Below, in pieces: positions 39,301 through 50,336 of a DNA stretch of 62,244 bases. The notes under the pieces are model-generated. The model did not search any database. It saw only the letters and a program-made list of their open reading frames with translations, and was not told where the DNA came from. The DNA is taken from assembly GCA_000934665.2 (NCBI GenBank), contig JYFJ02002165.1:1-62244 (forward strand), written 5' to 3'. Source of the stretch: Catajapyx aquilonaris. Taxonomy: Eukaryota. The translations under genes were made by a program, and so were the position numbers. Each line of letters starts with the position of its first letter. Position 1 is the stretch's first letter.

Positions 39301-40600
39301 TTGCCTCTATACACTTGCCCGTTGGTGGTACTGTACTTGTCGTCCTCTCTGTCCTTTTTGTCCAGCCGTAACCGGCTGCTGGTTGCTCGCCTTAAAACCA
39401 TCTGAAATGTCCTTTTTTGTCCAGGTTTTTGAAGCTGAACAAATATTAATTCAATCATGAATCCTTAATAATTCTTCGTAGACATGGCTGCAGGAAATTC
39501 GTTTGATGTATTGCAAGATGAACTCGTCCTTAACCATGCCAGACGAAAATGTCTTGGTTGCACATTAGTTGCATTCATATTGTGGACCCCGTCTCTAGAC
39601 TTGCTAGATGATGGTCTGAGTGTGACATATTACTGCATCGTTACTTTGGCAGTAATCATGCCATGCAGTATTCTGATTATGCTGCCTCCGTGGCATAATC
39701 GCTGAAGAGTTGTATGTGTATCGTAAAAGGAGAATTTTCGAGAATTTTATTTGCATGTCTCCAGCCCCCTTGATATTCCAGTACGAGTTTAGTGGATGCT
39801 CTCATTTTGACACTGACGTCGTTTGTAGTCTGCATCTTTGCCCTCGATATTTTATTTTCCTGCTTTGTTAGATAAGGCAGGATGTATTGGGTTCTTATGA
39901 TAGGTTGTTCACATTTAGTTTGATTATGATGGCCGTGGTTTCCACTGGCACTTCCTGACTTCCAGCTCTTTGGTATATTCCTTCGTCGCTTACGCTTCTC
40001 ACTAACGACACTAACAGGCGCTGTAGTCTTGCACAACGTCCTCATGAACACCTCCGGAGTCGAGGTATACAGTACAAGAGAGGTAACAATTAATTATCAG
40101 ATTGAAAAGAGTCTGGAATATTATACATATTGCATCGTTTCAAATGATCTCAGAGGGCACCTTCAGTCAAGTTTGACGGGCTGACGCTGCTACACTTGCG
40201 ACACGAAGTATGGCGATGGTAAGATGCAATAGTGGACAGACTTCCTTCGTCTCTACAGGCGATTGGCTTCTTCTCCGTGCAGCTTTTCGTCCGAGTGTTC
40301 CTTGACTTCGCTACGTGCAACAGTTAGAAATGACGAGGATGGGAAATATTAATAATATTTGAAGTCGTCATTGCACATACAATCAGGAAGCTTACATCGA
40401 GTGTATAATGCATAATTATATTTTGACGCTAGAACTTCATAGAGTCGCACAAGCTCTGACTACCTTATTAAAGAAATCCTGGGGAAGTGCCTTTAACACA
40501 TCTCTCATTTATGAATTATCCCACTAATGTCGTTTGTAAACAAAAAATAGCTGCTGTCCTACTAATGTAAGGCATTAACAGCCCTGCAGTGAGTTAAAGA
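21800..40600 (-). pseudogene. Mosaic of co-oriented, heavily decayed paralogous coding fragments of an unidentified family
   Basis: ccagtaacc (FPGYWPA on -) at ~31771, 32401, 33873, 34889, 38572, diverged at ~29221 and ~40570; tcat(g/a)aag..gagtcaca at ~29102, 31631, 32261, 34746, 38446; closely similar blocks 32135-32410/38318-38585, 32660-32790/39165-39300, 35410-35790/38738-39110; many stops and frameshifts. Outer boundaries approximate. Confidence 0.7.
30319..30404. repeat. (AAT)n microsatellite
   Basis: Directly visible; it interrupts one decayed copy (compare 30270-30430 with 36915-36990). Confidence 0.95.
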
Positions 40601-40949
40601 CCTTCACAGTTAATGTGTACAATAATTTATTAATTGCCTATTGCTTTATCACCTTGTACTGTACGACCTTGTACGTATTTTTCTTTTTGTCCAGGTCATC
40701 AAAGCCGAAGTAACAAGAACAACGTAAAATACTGCAGTGATGAATAGTCCTGCAGTGTGTACCTGACAGCAGCTCTGTGCTGCATATAATGAACATAGTA
40801 AATAATCTTGGTGCGTGCAAACTGTAGTATGAGATGGGCACAAAGAGTTTAGCATATATCCCAAACTTGACCAAAATCGATAAAACTTGAAAGATGTGAC
40901 ATGAACACTGTCCAAAGTATGCTTGCAAAGTCCAATAAATTCCGAATAA

Positions 40950-41333
40950 GTGTTTCTCTCTTTGAAAAGGACCATAGACTCGTCCCCTGAGAATACTGAT
41001 CCTGGTTGAAGCTCTTTCTTGAACAGACTGTTCATGCATGGCATCAAGAAAAGGCCTCAATTTCCACAATTTATCATAGCCAGGATCAGTCTTCTTCAGT
41101 GGATTGTCCTTTGAGTTACAATGAACAGATCTAAGTAATTGCTTGAATCGCTTAGATGTCATAACACGATCACTTACTGATGTTTGATGCAATATGAAAT
41201 TGCATGACCAGTACATTTCATAATTAGGGATCTCAATAACACTCATCCATAAGTGCAAGCCTAAAAAAGCTAACATTTCAGTTTCATTCGGTTTCTTCCA
41301 GTTGGCGTGTTTATTTTTCTCATCATCCCCCAT
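40950..41333 (-). mobile_element. piggyBac (PGBD4-like, DDE_Tnp_1_7) transposase remnant, frameshifted and truncated
   Basis: EMLAFLGL..MS.I..P.Y..YWS, MT..RF.QL.R..H and DKLWKLRPFL, then in a shifted frame PG...SGDESMVLFK (first catalytic Asp motif). Confidence 0.88.
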
Positions 41334-41923
41334 GACACATTAGTAGGCCTACCATCTACATGGTCATAAAAATTAGCACAGTAAATTACGTACATTGCAA
41401 ATTATTGCAAAAACTCATCACCCCATGCGAGAGCAAGGTAGGAAGAATGGATTACTTGTAATTACTTACTGTAAATAGTCACTGGCGAGGTTTTGGGGGT
41501 TACTTGTCCGACCTGAACTCTTGCTGTCAACCGACCACGACACACCAGAAGCAGAAAGTGGGGTGTGTAATAACATGTTATAATCCTCAGTCATCTTACA
41601 TCACCATCTAGTTGGTTCATCGGAAACCAGTCTTCCGATTGGCACCGTTGGAGGTGGTAAACGAGTAGACCACAGCTCAGTACAAATTCCGAACGAAGGT
41701 CGTACAACACTATCATGTATTCATAATCGGAATTTTCAAGAATTCCCCATCAGTTCACCTTCCGTTACTACACCTGTCTAGCTAATATTGACAATTCCAA
41801 CAGTGCATGCTGCGCGAACTGGGGTGCGTACTCGATTGCGCTCGTAAAAAAAAACCCAAATGTTTTAAGAAGTGTTTTATTATGTGAAAATGCATATGCA
41901 AAACTAATCTTGTGGACATGCGA

Positions 41924-42517
41924 TCAGTCCAAGGGCATAACAGGTCGTGTCCCTGTGGAAGTCGCTTGTTGAGCGTTCCTCCTGGAGGAAGAAGAATTCT
42001 GGGCGGCATTCTGAAGAGAGGACTTGGTCTTTTCCAGCATCTTCTCATACATGCTCTTCTTCATTTTCTTCATCAGGGATTCGTCCTGCACTTTCTCCGC
42101 CAGGCCCACCATCATCTTGAAGTGCTGATGGAACGTGACGGGCTCCTCCAAGGCAACTTCTGGAGCCCGGAATCTGGGATCACTTCTGGCCTGACGTGGC
42201 TCCCTGCTGTGTGGTGAGAAAATCACTCAATGACGAACCCCACACAAACTGGGAATAACTCACTCCTGTCTGTTGGTGATGCACATTTGCCGAATGTGCT
42301 CCTCCAGATAAGCCGTATCCTCCTTCAGCTCGTCAGTGACTACCTCCACTTCTGATTCGGATATGGACTTCAACATGTCCGAAATGCTGAGTAGCTCTGG
42401 AGTGTCGACTGGAGCCTCTGCTGGAGTTTCCACTGGAGTTTCCTCTGGAGTTTCCTCTTGAGTCCTCTCCTTCTTCACCTGCTTCTTCTTGCCCTTTCTC
42501 TTGCTCGGCAGGGGCAT
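41924..42517 (-). CDS. Truncated DUF4515-like paralog F; two predicted exons (~42517-42264 and ~42206-41924)
   Basis: MPLPSKRKGKKK...TPE...LKEDTAYLE aligns with exon 1 of A; phase-2 GTGAGT donor; exon 2 diverged and terminal; AATAAA-like signal at ~41876. May be a pseudogene. Confidence 0.55.
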
Positions 42518-42816
42518 CTTGCACCAAAGACAAGAGAACACTGTTCTATCGAGTCTCATCAGCAGTGCTCAACAAGGTAAACAACCATCTCCATGGACAT
42601 CAGTTACTTCCTATAGTTCGCGCAAATAATTGTTTCCAACACTAAGCTTGAGGGGGTAACAATATGACCGACATTTGCGATTTTGCCAAGGCTCTGGAAC
42701 GAACTTTAGAGGTCCCCAAGAAGTAACTGTGGCAGCATTGCTGTCGGGACAATGAACTTGCGCGAGTGTGGATGCGCACTCGGTTGCGCTAGTTACCAAA
42801 TGAATTTAGCGAATTT

Positions 42817-43050
42817 CTAAGGTACGGTTGCACCACCTTCAGAAAGCACTTTTTTCGGCTTGAAAAGAGCCAGAAATATTTGGTTGTTAACAATGTTGTT
42901 GACAACGTTTAACCAATATTTCTGACTCTTTTATGACCTCCATGCCAGAACAATTTGTTATTAATTGTTGTTAACGACGATTAACAAACATTTCTGGCTC
43001 TTTTCCAGCTGGAATATATGTTTCCTGGAGGTGGTGCAACTCGTCCTAAG
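42817..43050. mobile_element. PIF/Harbinger-like MITE; related copies at ~43490-43868 and ~43905-44130
   Basis: Terminal inverted repeats (TIRs) ggtacggttgcaccacc / ggtggtgcaactcgtcc flanked by taa on both sides; internal aaaagagccagaaat / atttctggctctttt inverted units shared with neighbouring copies. Confidence 0.75.
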
Positions 43051-43075
43051 AAGAAACTGGCTCATAATCACTTTT

Positions 43076-43109
<34 letters not shown>

Positions 43110-43186
43110 CGTGGGTATATCCATGGAGACATGTTGATCCGAATCATTCATGATTTCTCAGCAGTTGACGAGACACACGTTCCCAT

Positions 43187-44400
43187 ATGTCTTGGCCGAG
43201 GAAGAGAAGAGGGAGGAGGAAGAGCAGGAGAACCAAGAGATGTGTGGATCCAACTGTGCAAGACCTGATTATCAGCATATTCCAACAGGTGCTGTCGATT
43301 TGTCACCTGGTACTAGAGCTGGAAGAGTTGGATGAGAAACTTATTGGAGAGGATAGGCCTGATCATATGGAAGACAGGAGAGGGTGAGTTGACTCCAACA
43401 GCATGGACCTTTCTAATAAAAGGCATTCCTCCCGTCGTGTTTGATGTAGTCAAAAGCTTTATGGCAAAAATCCACACTCCCATCTATACCGATCAGCAAA
43501 CATAGTCCGGCTAGAAAGGAGCCAGAAATGTTTGTTAATCATTGTTAACAACTGATTAATCAATAACAAATATTGTTCTGGTATGGATGCGAGAAAATAT
43601 AGACAGAACACTTTGTTATTAATAGTTTCAACAGGTGTTAACAACTGTTTTTAGACTGTAAAAGAGCCAGAAATGTTTGTTAATCGTTGTTAACACCTGT
43701 TGAAAACAATATTAATAACAGTGTTCTGCCCGAGTCCTTGATATTTTCTGACATCCAGTCCAGAACAATTTTTGTTATTAATGAAGAAGTTGTTAACGAT
43801 GTTAACAATCCTTACTGGCTCTTTTCCAGCCGAAAAATATTTTCTGGCGGTAGTGCAACTGTACCGTATAAATTCGCCTATTTTCGGCGAATTTCTGCGA
43901 ACTTCTGAGTTACTGTTGCACCAACTCTCCAGAAAACATTATCCGGCAAGAAAATGTTTGTTAATCATGGCTAACAATTGTTCACAAATAATAACAAATT
44001 GTTCTGTAATGGACAACAGGAGAGTGTCAGAATAACACTGTCATTAATATTGTTGGCAACAATGTTAACAGCGATTAACACACATTTCCGGCCGGATAAT
44101 GTTTCATGGTGTTGGTGCAACCGTACTTTAGAAATTTGCAAGAAGCCTAATTAGGTAGTGAGCAATGTAGTTTACTGCAAAATGTCCACGTTCTGTCCAC
44201 TATATAGTGAGTGGACATCTTGGTTGCGTCGGACGACAAGCCAACTCCGTTTGGTGGGAAGCAGACTTGCACACGACAAGCCCACCTTCCCGCAGCAGCA
44301 AGTGAATGAGATGCTGGAGAGAATCCAAGCCATGAAGGAGAGCGTGATGGACAACCTAGACAATGATAAGTAGGACATCACCAAGAGGGAGCAGCAGTAA
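43187..44400 (+). pseudogene. Decayed DUF4515-like paralog G (exon 1 43187-43383; exon-2-like ~44208-44400 with in-frame stops)
   Basis: Basic N-terminus; exon ends DRRG|GTGAGT like E (DRKG|GTGAGT); promoter atatccatgga matches E; W.RR..Q..L resembles E exon 2. Confidence 0.55.
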
Positions 44401-44683
44401 GTTGAATCCAGAAGTTTCTCAAGACCTTCGACAACCTTCAGGAGTCGTCGGAGGTCAACCCAACGCCATTTTGTTGAGCAGCTACGAGAAGGCCGACACT
44501 TGTCAATGGGTTGCATATTAAAGCTGCTGGACATGTCTGTTCATTGTTGGAATCTGTCAGATTCGATCATGGGTGATGGGTCAACAATAAGGCACAGTCT
44601 GTAGTTCTTAGTAGTGCATCCGTTTATTGAATGCACGTGTCACATCGAGCCTTGACTTGTGGTGACACTATACAAGTGGGACA

Positions 44684-46167
44684 TCAACCGGTGAGGCCAC
44701 CAATAAATGCTCCTGGACCGGCCTCAGAGAGTGCAGCTAGATCCGGTATATCTCCAGCCAAGTTGGAGAGGCCACCAGGAAAGCCCGCAGCATTGAGTGC
44801 ACCCGGATCAGGTAAACGTCCAGCTATGTTGGAGAATGCAGCCAGACCCGGTATATCTCCAGCCAAGTTGGGGAGGTCACCAGGAAGGCCCGCAGCATTG
44901 AGTGCACCTGGATCAGGTAAACTTCCAGCTATGTTGGAGAATGCAGCCAGACCCGGTATATCTCCAGCCAAGTTGGGGAGGTCACCAGGAAGGCCCGCAG
45001 CATTGAGTGCACCCGGATCAGGTAAACTTCCAGCTATGTTGGAGAATGCAGCCAGACCCGGTATATCTCCAGCCAAGTTGGGGAGGTCACCAGGAAGGCC
45101 CGCAGCATTGAGTGCACCCGGATCAGGTAAACTTCCAGCTATGTTGGAGAATGCAGCCAGACCCGGTATATCTCCAGCCAAGTTGGGGAGGTCACCAGGA
45201 AGGCCCGCAGCATTGAGTGCACCCGGATCAGGTAAACTTCCAGCTATGTTGGAGAATGCAGCCAGACCCGGTATATCTCCAGCCAAGTTGGGGAGGTCAC
45301 CAGGAAGGCCCGCAGCATTGAGTGCACCCGGATCAGGTAAACTTCCAGCTATGTTGGAGAATGCAGCCAGACCCGGTATATCTCCAGCCAAGTTGGGGAG
45401 GTCACCAGGAAGGCCCGCAGCATTGAGTGCACCCGGATCAGGTAAACTTCCAGCTATGTCGGAGAATGCAGCCAGACCCGGTATATCTCCAGCCAAGTTG
45501 GGGAGGTCACCAGGAAGGCCCGCAGCATTGAGTGCACCCGGATCAGGTAAACTTCCAGCTATGTTGGAGAATGCAGCCAGACCCGGTATATCTCCAGCCA
45601 AGTTGGGGAGGTCACCAGGAAGGCCCGCAGCATTGAGTGCAGCCTGACCCGGTAAACCTCCAGCGGGGATCATACCCTATGCAATATCAAGTAATCTTAA
45701 CATGACAGTTCTGTCACTAAAGAACAATATAACGCAGACAACAAAGACCCGCATGACTGTCCGTGGCATTGTTGAGAGCCGCTGGTCAGTGTGCAAAATA
45801 ACGGTCTTACCTGGGCATTAGCGAGAAGCTGTGAAGCTAGTCCCTCTCCTGCAAAGAGAGAATAGTCCACATATTAGTCTTTCAGGGAGTCACACCAATG
45901 TCACACCCCAAGCATATTGTAATTTAAAACAAAAAAAACAGACCAACACTTCCTTGTGACTTCCACATACGTAATATGCACAAATGGGCAGAACTGAGCT
46001 CTAGTCATGACTATTTGGTCATTGCGGTGAGCTGCACCTTTCAGACGAGGTGACATCAACTGCCACAAACATGAGAAAATAAGTGACATACCAAATGGAT
46101 CGACTGGGGCCGATTGAGACAAGGCTGCCATCATGGACAGTGCAAGCAACACCCGAAAGAAAGCCAT
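44684..46167 (-). CDS. Secreted Gly/Ala/Leu/Pro-rich repeat protein, copy 1; exons 46167-46092, 45848-45811, 45676-44684 (~368 aa)
   Basis: Signal-peptide-like MAFFRVLLALSMMAALSQS|APV; GT-AG splicing in frame; TATA (46294-46301) and AATAAA (44623-44628) on the - strand. Confidence 0.8.
44735..45642. repeat. 105-bp coding minisatellite: 8 near-perfect units plus 1 diverged (GALNAAGLPGDLPNLAGDIPGLAAFSNIAGSLPDP)
   Basis: Directly visible in the DNA and in the ORF. Confidence 0.97.
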
Positions 46168-46293
46168 TTTCCTCTTCTAAGAGACGTCTAGGTGCTCTTC
46201 GATGAACCGGGTGTGGTGATGCCCTGCTTGAAGACGATGCGACTGCTTGGTGCTGCGAGGCTGAAGTGATGTTAAAGTCCATAAGGGCCGGGC

Positions 46294-46386
46294 TTTATAT
46301 ACACGCTCAAACGGGTGATGTATAATGTGAGTGTTCTGGCGCACACCTGCGGAGTCTACGAAATACTGAAGCAACATGATGCAAAT
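46294..46386 (-). promoter_or_regulatory. TATA box (GTATATAAAGCCC) and upstream octamer ATGCAAAT, conserved in all three secreted-protein genes
   Basis: tttatata at 46294, 50469, 53720; atgcaaat at ~46379, 50552, 53812. Confidence 0.7.
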
Positions 46387-48489
46387 GTGCTGAGAAAAAC
46401 ACCTCTGTTTGCGTGTTTGTACAGTACGAGCTGAGCACACACCCGATTGCTCGGCGTCACTTGAATAACATTTGTGTGTATTAGCAAGAGGTTTCTTCAG
46501 TTCAGCCTCGTAAACACCCTGTTATACTGTTATTCTGCAGATGTCTTTGCAACATGCCGCTTCTTAATGAGAGTTGGATGTAGCAAGTCTCTGCTGTGAT
46601 CAGTGGACTACGACAGTTCGTTGAAAGGACCATGCATATAATATCTTTTCTCTTAATCATAAGTATAATGGCACTAACACGCTTCAGAAAATGCTACGTT
46701 TTATTTCGTACGTTTACTAATTTTATAATCATGTAAACAAATATTCATCGACATAAGGTGTACGTTTTAGCAGGACTTTTACCAGGTTGGTTAACACTAA
46801 AAATAATTTCATTCCTACTACTCGTACATGAAGCACATATTTCACAAAATACTATAGCTTTTGTGTTTTTCTAGCAACATATTCACATACAGCTTTGTCA
46901 TAATTATGAAAGTTTCCCCACAATGTCATTTTCTAAAGACATAACGAATGTAAGCGCTCTTCAGTCATGGTAGGCCATTTTTTTTAAATACTTTATAAAG
47001 GATAGTCTTTCAAATAATCATAGCTCGTCATATACATTGTCAAGTACTGCAGTAATTTTAGAAAACACTTCAATTAGGTGTTGTTAACAAATACGCTGAA
47101 TAACTACGAATTACATTTGCTTTCTTTTATGTTCTGGGATTTCCTAAGGTGTAAATAATAATCTTTGAACTGATAACACCTGGTCAATACTATAAGGTTA
47201 ATACTGTCCTCACCAGTTTCCCAATAATGTTCACAAAGTCTGAATTTTTTAAGTTAAAATTAAGTCCTTCAACCACATGGCTGATTATTATTATTAATTT
47301 ATCACTGAAATAGGCTTATTTTAATAATAAACACTTTCAAAAACTCCATCGATTTCGTTGAATAATAATAGACTGCATTTTATCATTTAAAAAAGTTGTT
47401 TAATTAGTTTCATAGTAGATCCGCCAGGAATAAAGCAAATAAACCCACAAGTGAAGTATGGGTTCCGGGATTATCTGGGTTTCTAATGCCATCAATCATG
47501 AGTGAGTTAAGGTCACACACACCAGAATAAGTCGAAAACGTGAAATGGCGTTTACGTTTACGGAGTTGAAACGTCTTCACTAAAACACACAAAAACCTCA
47601 CAGAATACGTTGTGTCCAGCAATATTTTATTACCAAATATATTATTAGACAAATACATGGAAATGTGAAAACCAGTCGCCCATAATTTTAGGGAAGTAAT
47701 AAAACACATTGTTCATGAATGTGGTCATTCTTGATGTTGGTGTACTATCCACGCGCGATGGGCCACCGGTACTGGTACGACATCACAGGTACGACGTCAC
47801 CGGTACGTCACATACTTTGGTACAGTATAGCACGGTACTTACTTATTGCCATCAAGGCACTACATTAGCATGGGGCCCCCTATGCTCCTAGGGCCTTCGG
47901 GCAACTGCCCAGCATGCCCATGAGTGAAGACAATAGTTACAACAAGTTACAACAATAAAATGCATATAAGGCCTCCTCTGTATCGAATATTCCGGAATAT
48001 TTACTCCGACCTGGGTGGCGCACTAGGGTTGAGCTGTGACAGGACCTGGGAATAAAGTCCAGAGCGGCCTAGTTCTGGCACGACCTGGGGCAAGTCCAGC
48101 AGATCCTGGACAGTGGGCAATTCCATCAATTCTGCAAATAGTGTTGCGAAATGCTGCTTCTAAATGAGGATTTGATTTAGCAATATTCTCTGCTTGGATC
48201 AGTGACCTGTGACAGTTCGTTTGTCCTCTATCGTGAGTTGTAGCAGTGTCTACACGCCTTTAGAAATAGAAAGTGCTTCTTCTTGTTCTGTATACTTTTA
48301 CTGTACAAACGTAGCTAACATACACAAGACTCACAGAATAAATTGTGTCTATATAGCAATATTTTATTATAATTATTATGACAAATACATGGCAATCTTT
48401 TTTTTTGCATTACCCCATTGGGAGTTACATTTCCTTTAGGGGGGTGGACTACCACCATCTGGGAGGAACTGGTATACTAAGATAGAATT

Positions 48490-48720
48490 TAGTGTGTTCC
48501 AAGGGTAGGTAGGAGGGGATGTGCGAAGTGCATGTGCAATGTCTCAAACAGCCATTTTGTGAACTCCCCCGGGTGGCTTAGTCTGTCGGAAATTGCCACC
48601 CGAAACGAAGCCAGAGATGGCCCAACTCTGCACGAAAGAAGGTGGGAACCCCGGGTGGGGATTGAACCCGGGACCTTAACTTCCGTGGGCGCGCGCGTTA
48701 CCGCGGCGCCACTCCGTCTC
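48490..48720 (-). mobile_element. tRNA-derived SINE
   Basis: Head with A box TGGCGCCGCGG and B box GGTTCAATCCC; no acceptor-stem pairing; ~150-bp unrelated body follows. Confidence 0.7.
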
Positions 48721-49487
48721 CCTAAATACATGGCAATCTGAAGACCACCCATTCGCAAAAATTAATCGTTCTATTGGAATGTCTGATTGGAGAATTACGG
48801 GTTCAGCTATCTGTACTGAAGGAGGCTGAGTCGAAGGCCATCCCACATTTCTTTCATTTCTCAGGGTGCTATGTGGTGATGATAACAACATACTCTCACA
48901 GTTCATCAAATGACTATGGGTAAGGGGCAGGTGAACATTCTGTACGGAGCAGGACATGGGGAAGTTATAGTTGACGACTCTCTTGCTGAACTCATTCTTC
49001 GTCACTTAGATATGCAAGCAGGAGATGTCCGACTGACCATGTACTACATGTCAAAGGGTTGCTGGACATGTTCGTTCATTGTGTTTCGTGAAAATTGTCA
49101 GATTCGATGACTCACAGACAGATTTTGCTAGTGATTTGGCTCCACTGAAAGAATCGGCATCAAACATGAATGATAAAACCGATATGAGCAAATCTTCAAA
49201 AAAAGATCCCGTTCTTCTCTGCTCTTTGTGTTCCCTGGTATATGATGATGGGTGAGCTAAACTACAATACTGTTATTAAAACAACATTGGCAAATCACGT
49301 GAGATTGATTAGAGTAGACTTTTTCATGTTTACTGCTATTGTCCCCAACGTCCGTCACGGTACTGGGACTGAAACCACCCATAACTCATTTTCGGCCAAA
49401 AGTGGACTTACCATTCTCCCCCCCCCCCCCCCTACTACCCTCAGTCCACCCTTTTCCCCTTTAAAAAATCTATCATAGCAAACCCAT

Positions 49488-49805
49488 CTTTTAGACCTTT
49501 TCTCATCCATCGGAAAAAGTATTATAGCACGGGTATGTCCGCCCGTCCGTCCGTCTGTGGACATGTATCAGGTATCAGGAGGTAGGGGGCAGCCATCAGG
49601 GGGAAGGGGCGGACAGAATGAACCTGGAACCGGAAAATAGAAAAAAAACTTCTAGCATGGCTCTGTCTGTCTGTCTGGTCTGGGGGGAATTGGCTGTCAG
49701 GGGTAGGGGGTGGCGGGGACAGCCAGGCTGATACATGTCCACAGACAAACAAACAGACAGACAGACAGCCGTTCTATAAGACTTTTTATGTCGAAAAAGT
49801 CTAAA
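49488..49805. mobile_element. Helentron/HINE (DINE-1-like) ends arranged as an inverted pair
   Basis: Left: tttagaccttttt..ggaaaaagt hairpin + (gtcc)n + tgtggacatgtatcag. Right: ctgatacatgtccaca + (gaca)n + gacttttt..aaaaagtctaaa. Confidence 0.6.
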
Positions 49806-49889
49806 TCTGTGGTTCTCAGTAGTGCATACGTTTATTCAATGCACGTCTCACCTTAAACCGTGACTTGTTGTGACACTACAAGTGGGACA

Positions 49890-50336
49890 TCAACCGGCGA
49901 GGATAGCAAATGGGTCCGGCACCCATTCAGCAACCGGCTCTAGATTAATTGGTACGGGTAGATCGGCGAGGTTCACTGCGGACAGATCAGGTACTAAGTC
50001 GAGGATTACAGGCAGACCATCAGGTCCCAGAAAACCTGTAAAGAGAGAATACAGTTTCTCAGGGAGTCACACCTCTTCATCAACTGTCACACACAGCATA
50101 TATTAGAAAGCAGAGTGAACAACACTTCCATATGAATTGTGACTGATGTAGGCAACTGGGCAGACATGAGCACTAAAGTCAGGTCATTGCAGTGAGCTGG
50201 TTCAGACGAAGTGACATCAACTGCCGCAAACATTTTGAGAAATTGAGTTGGAGACATACCAAATGGATCGACTGGGGCCGATTGAGATAAGGCTGCCATC
50301 ATGGACAGTGCAAGCAACAATCGAAGAGAAAGCCAT
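49890..50336 (-). pseudogene. Secreted protein copy 2; two exons (50336-50260, 50035-49890); +1 frameshift in codon 4; non-repetitive body GFLGPDGLPVILDLVPDLSAVNLADLPVPINLEPVAEWVPDPFAILAG
   Basis: ATGGCTTTCTCTTCGATTGTTG vs ATGGCTTTCTTTCGGGTGTTG in copy 1; the remainder is open; promoter and polyA signal are retained. Confidence 0.6.

Noticed and set aside
44631..45647. 338-aa + strand ORF over the 105-bp repeat
   Set aside because: Antisense shadow of a stop-free repeat; signal peptide, splice sites, TATA and polyA signal are all on the - strand.
48645..48718. tRNA gene
   Set aside because: A and B boxes present, but no acceptor-stem pairing or T-run terminator; interpreted as a SINE head. 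The same applies to 55020-55085.
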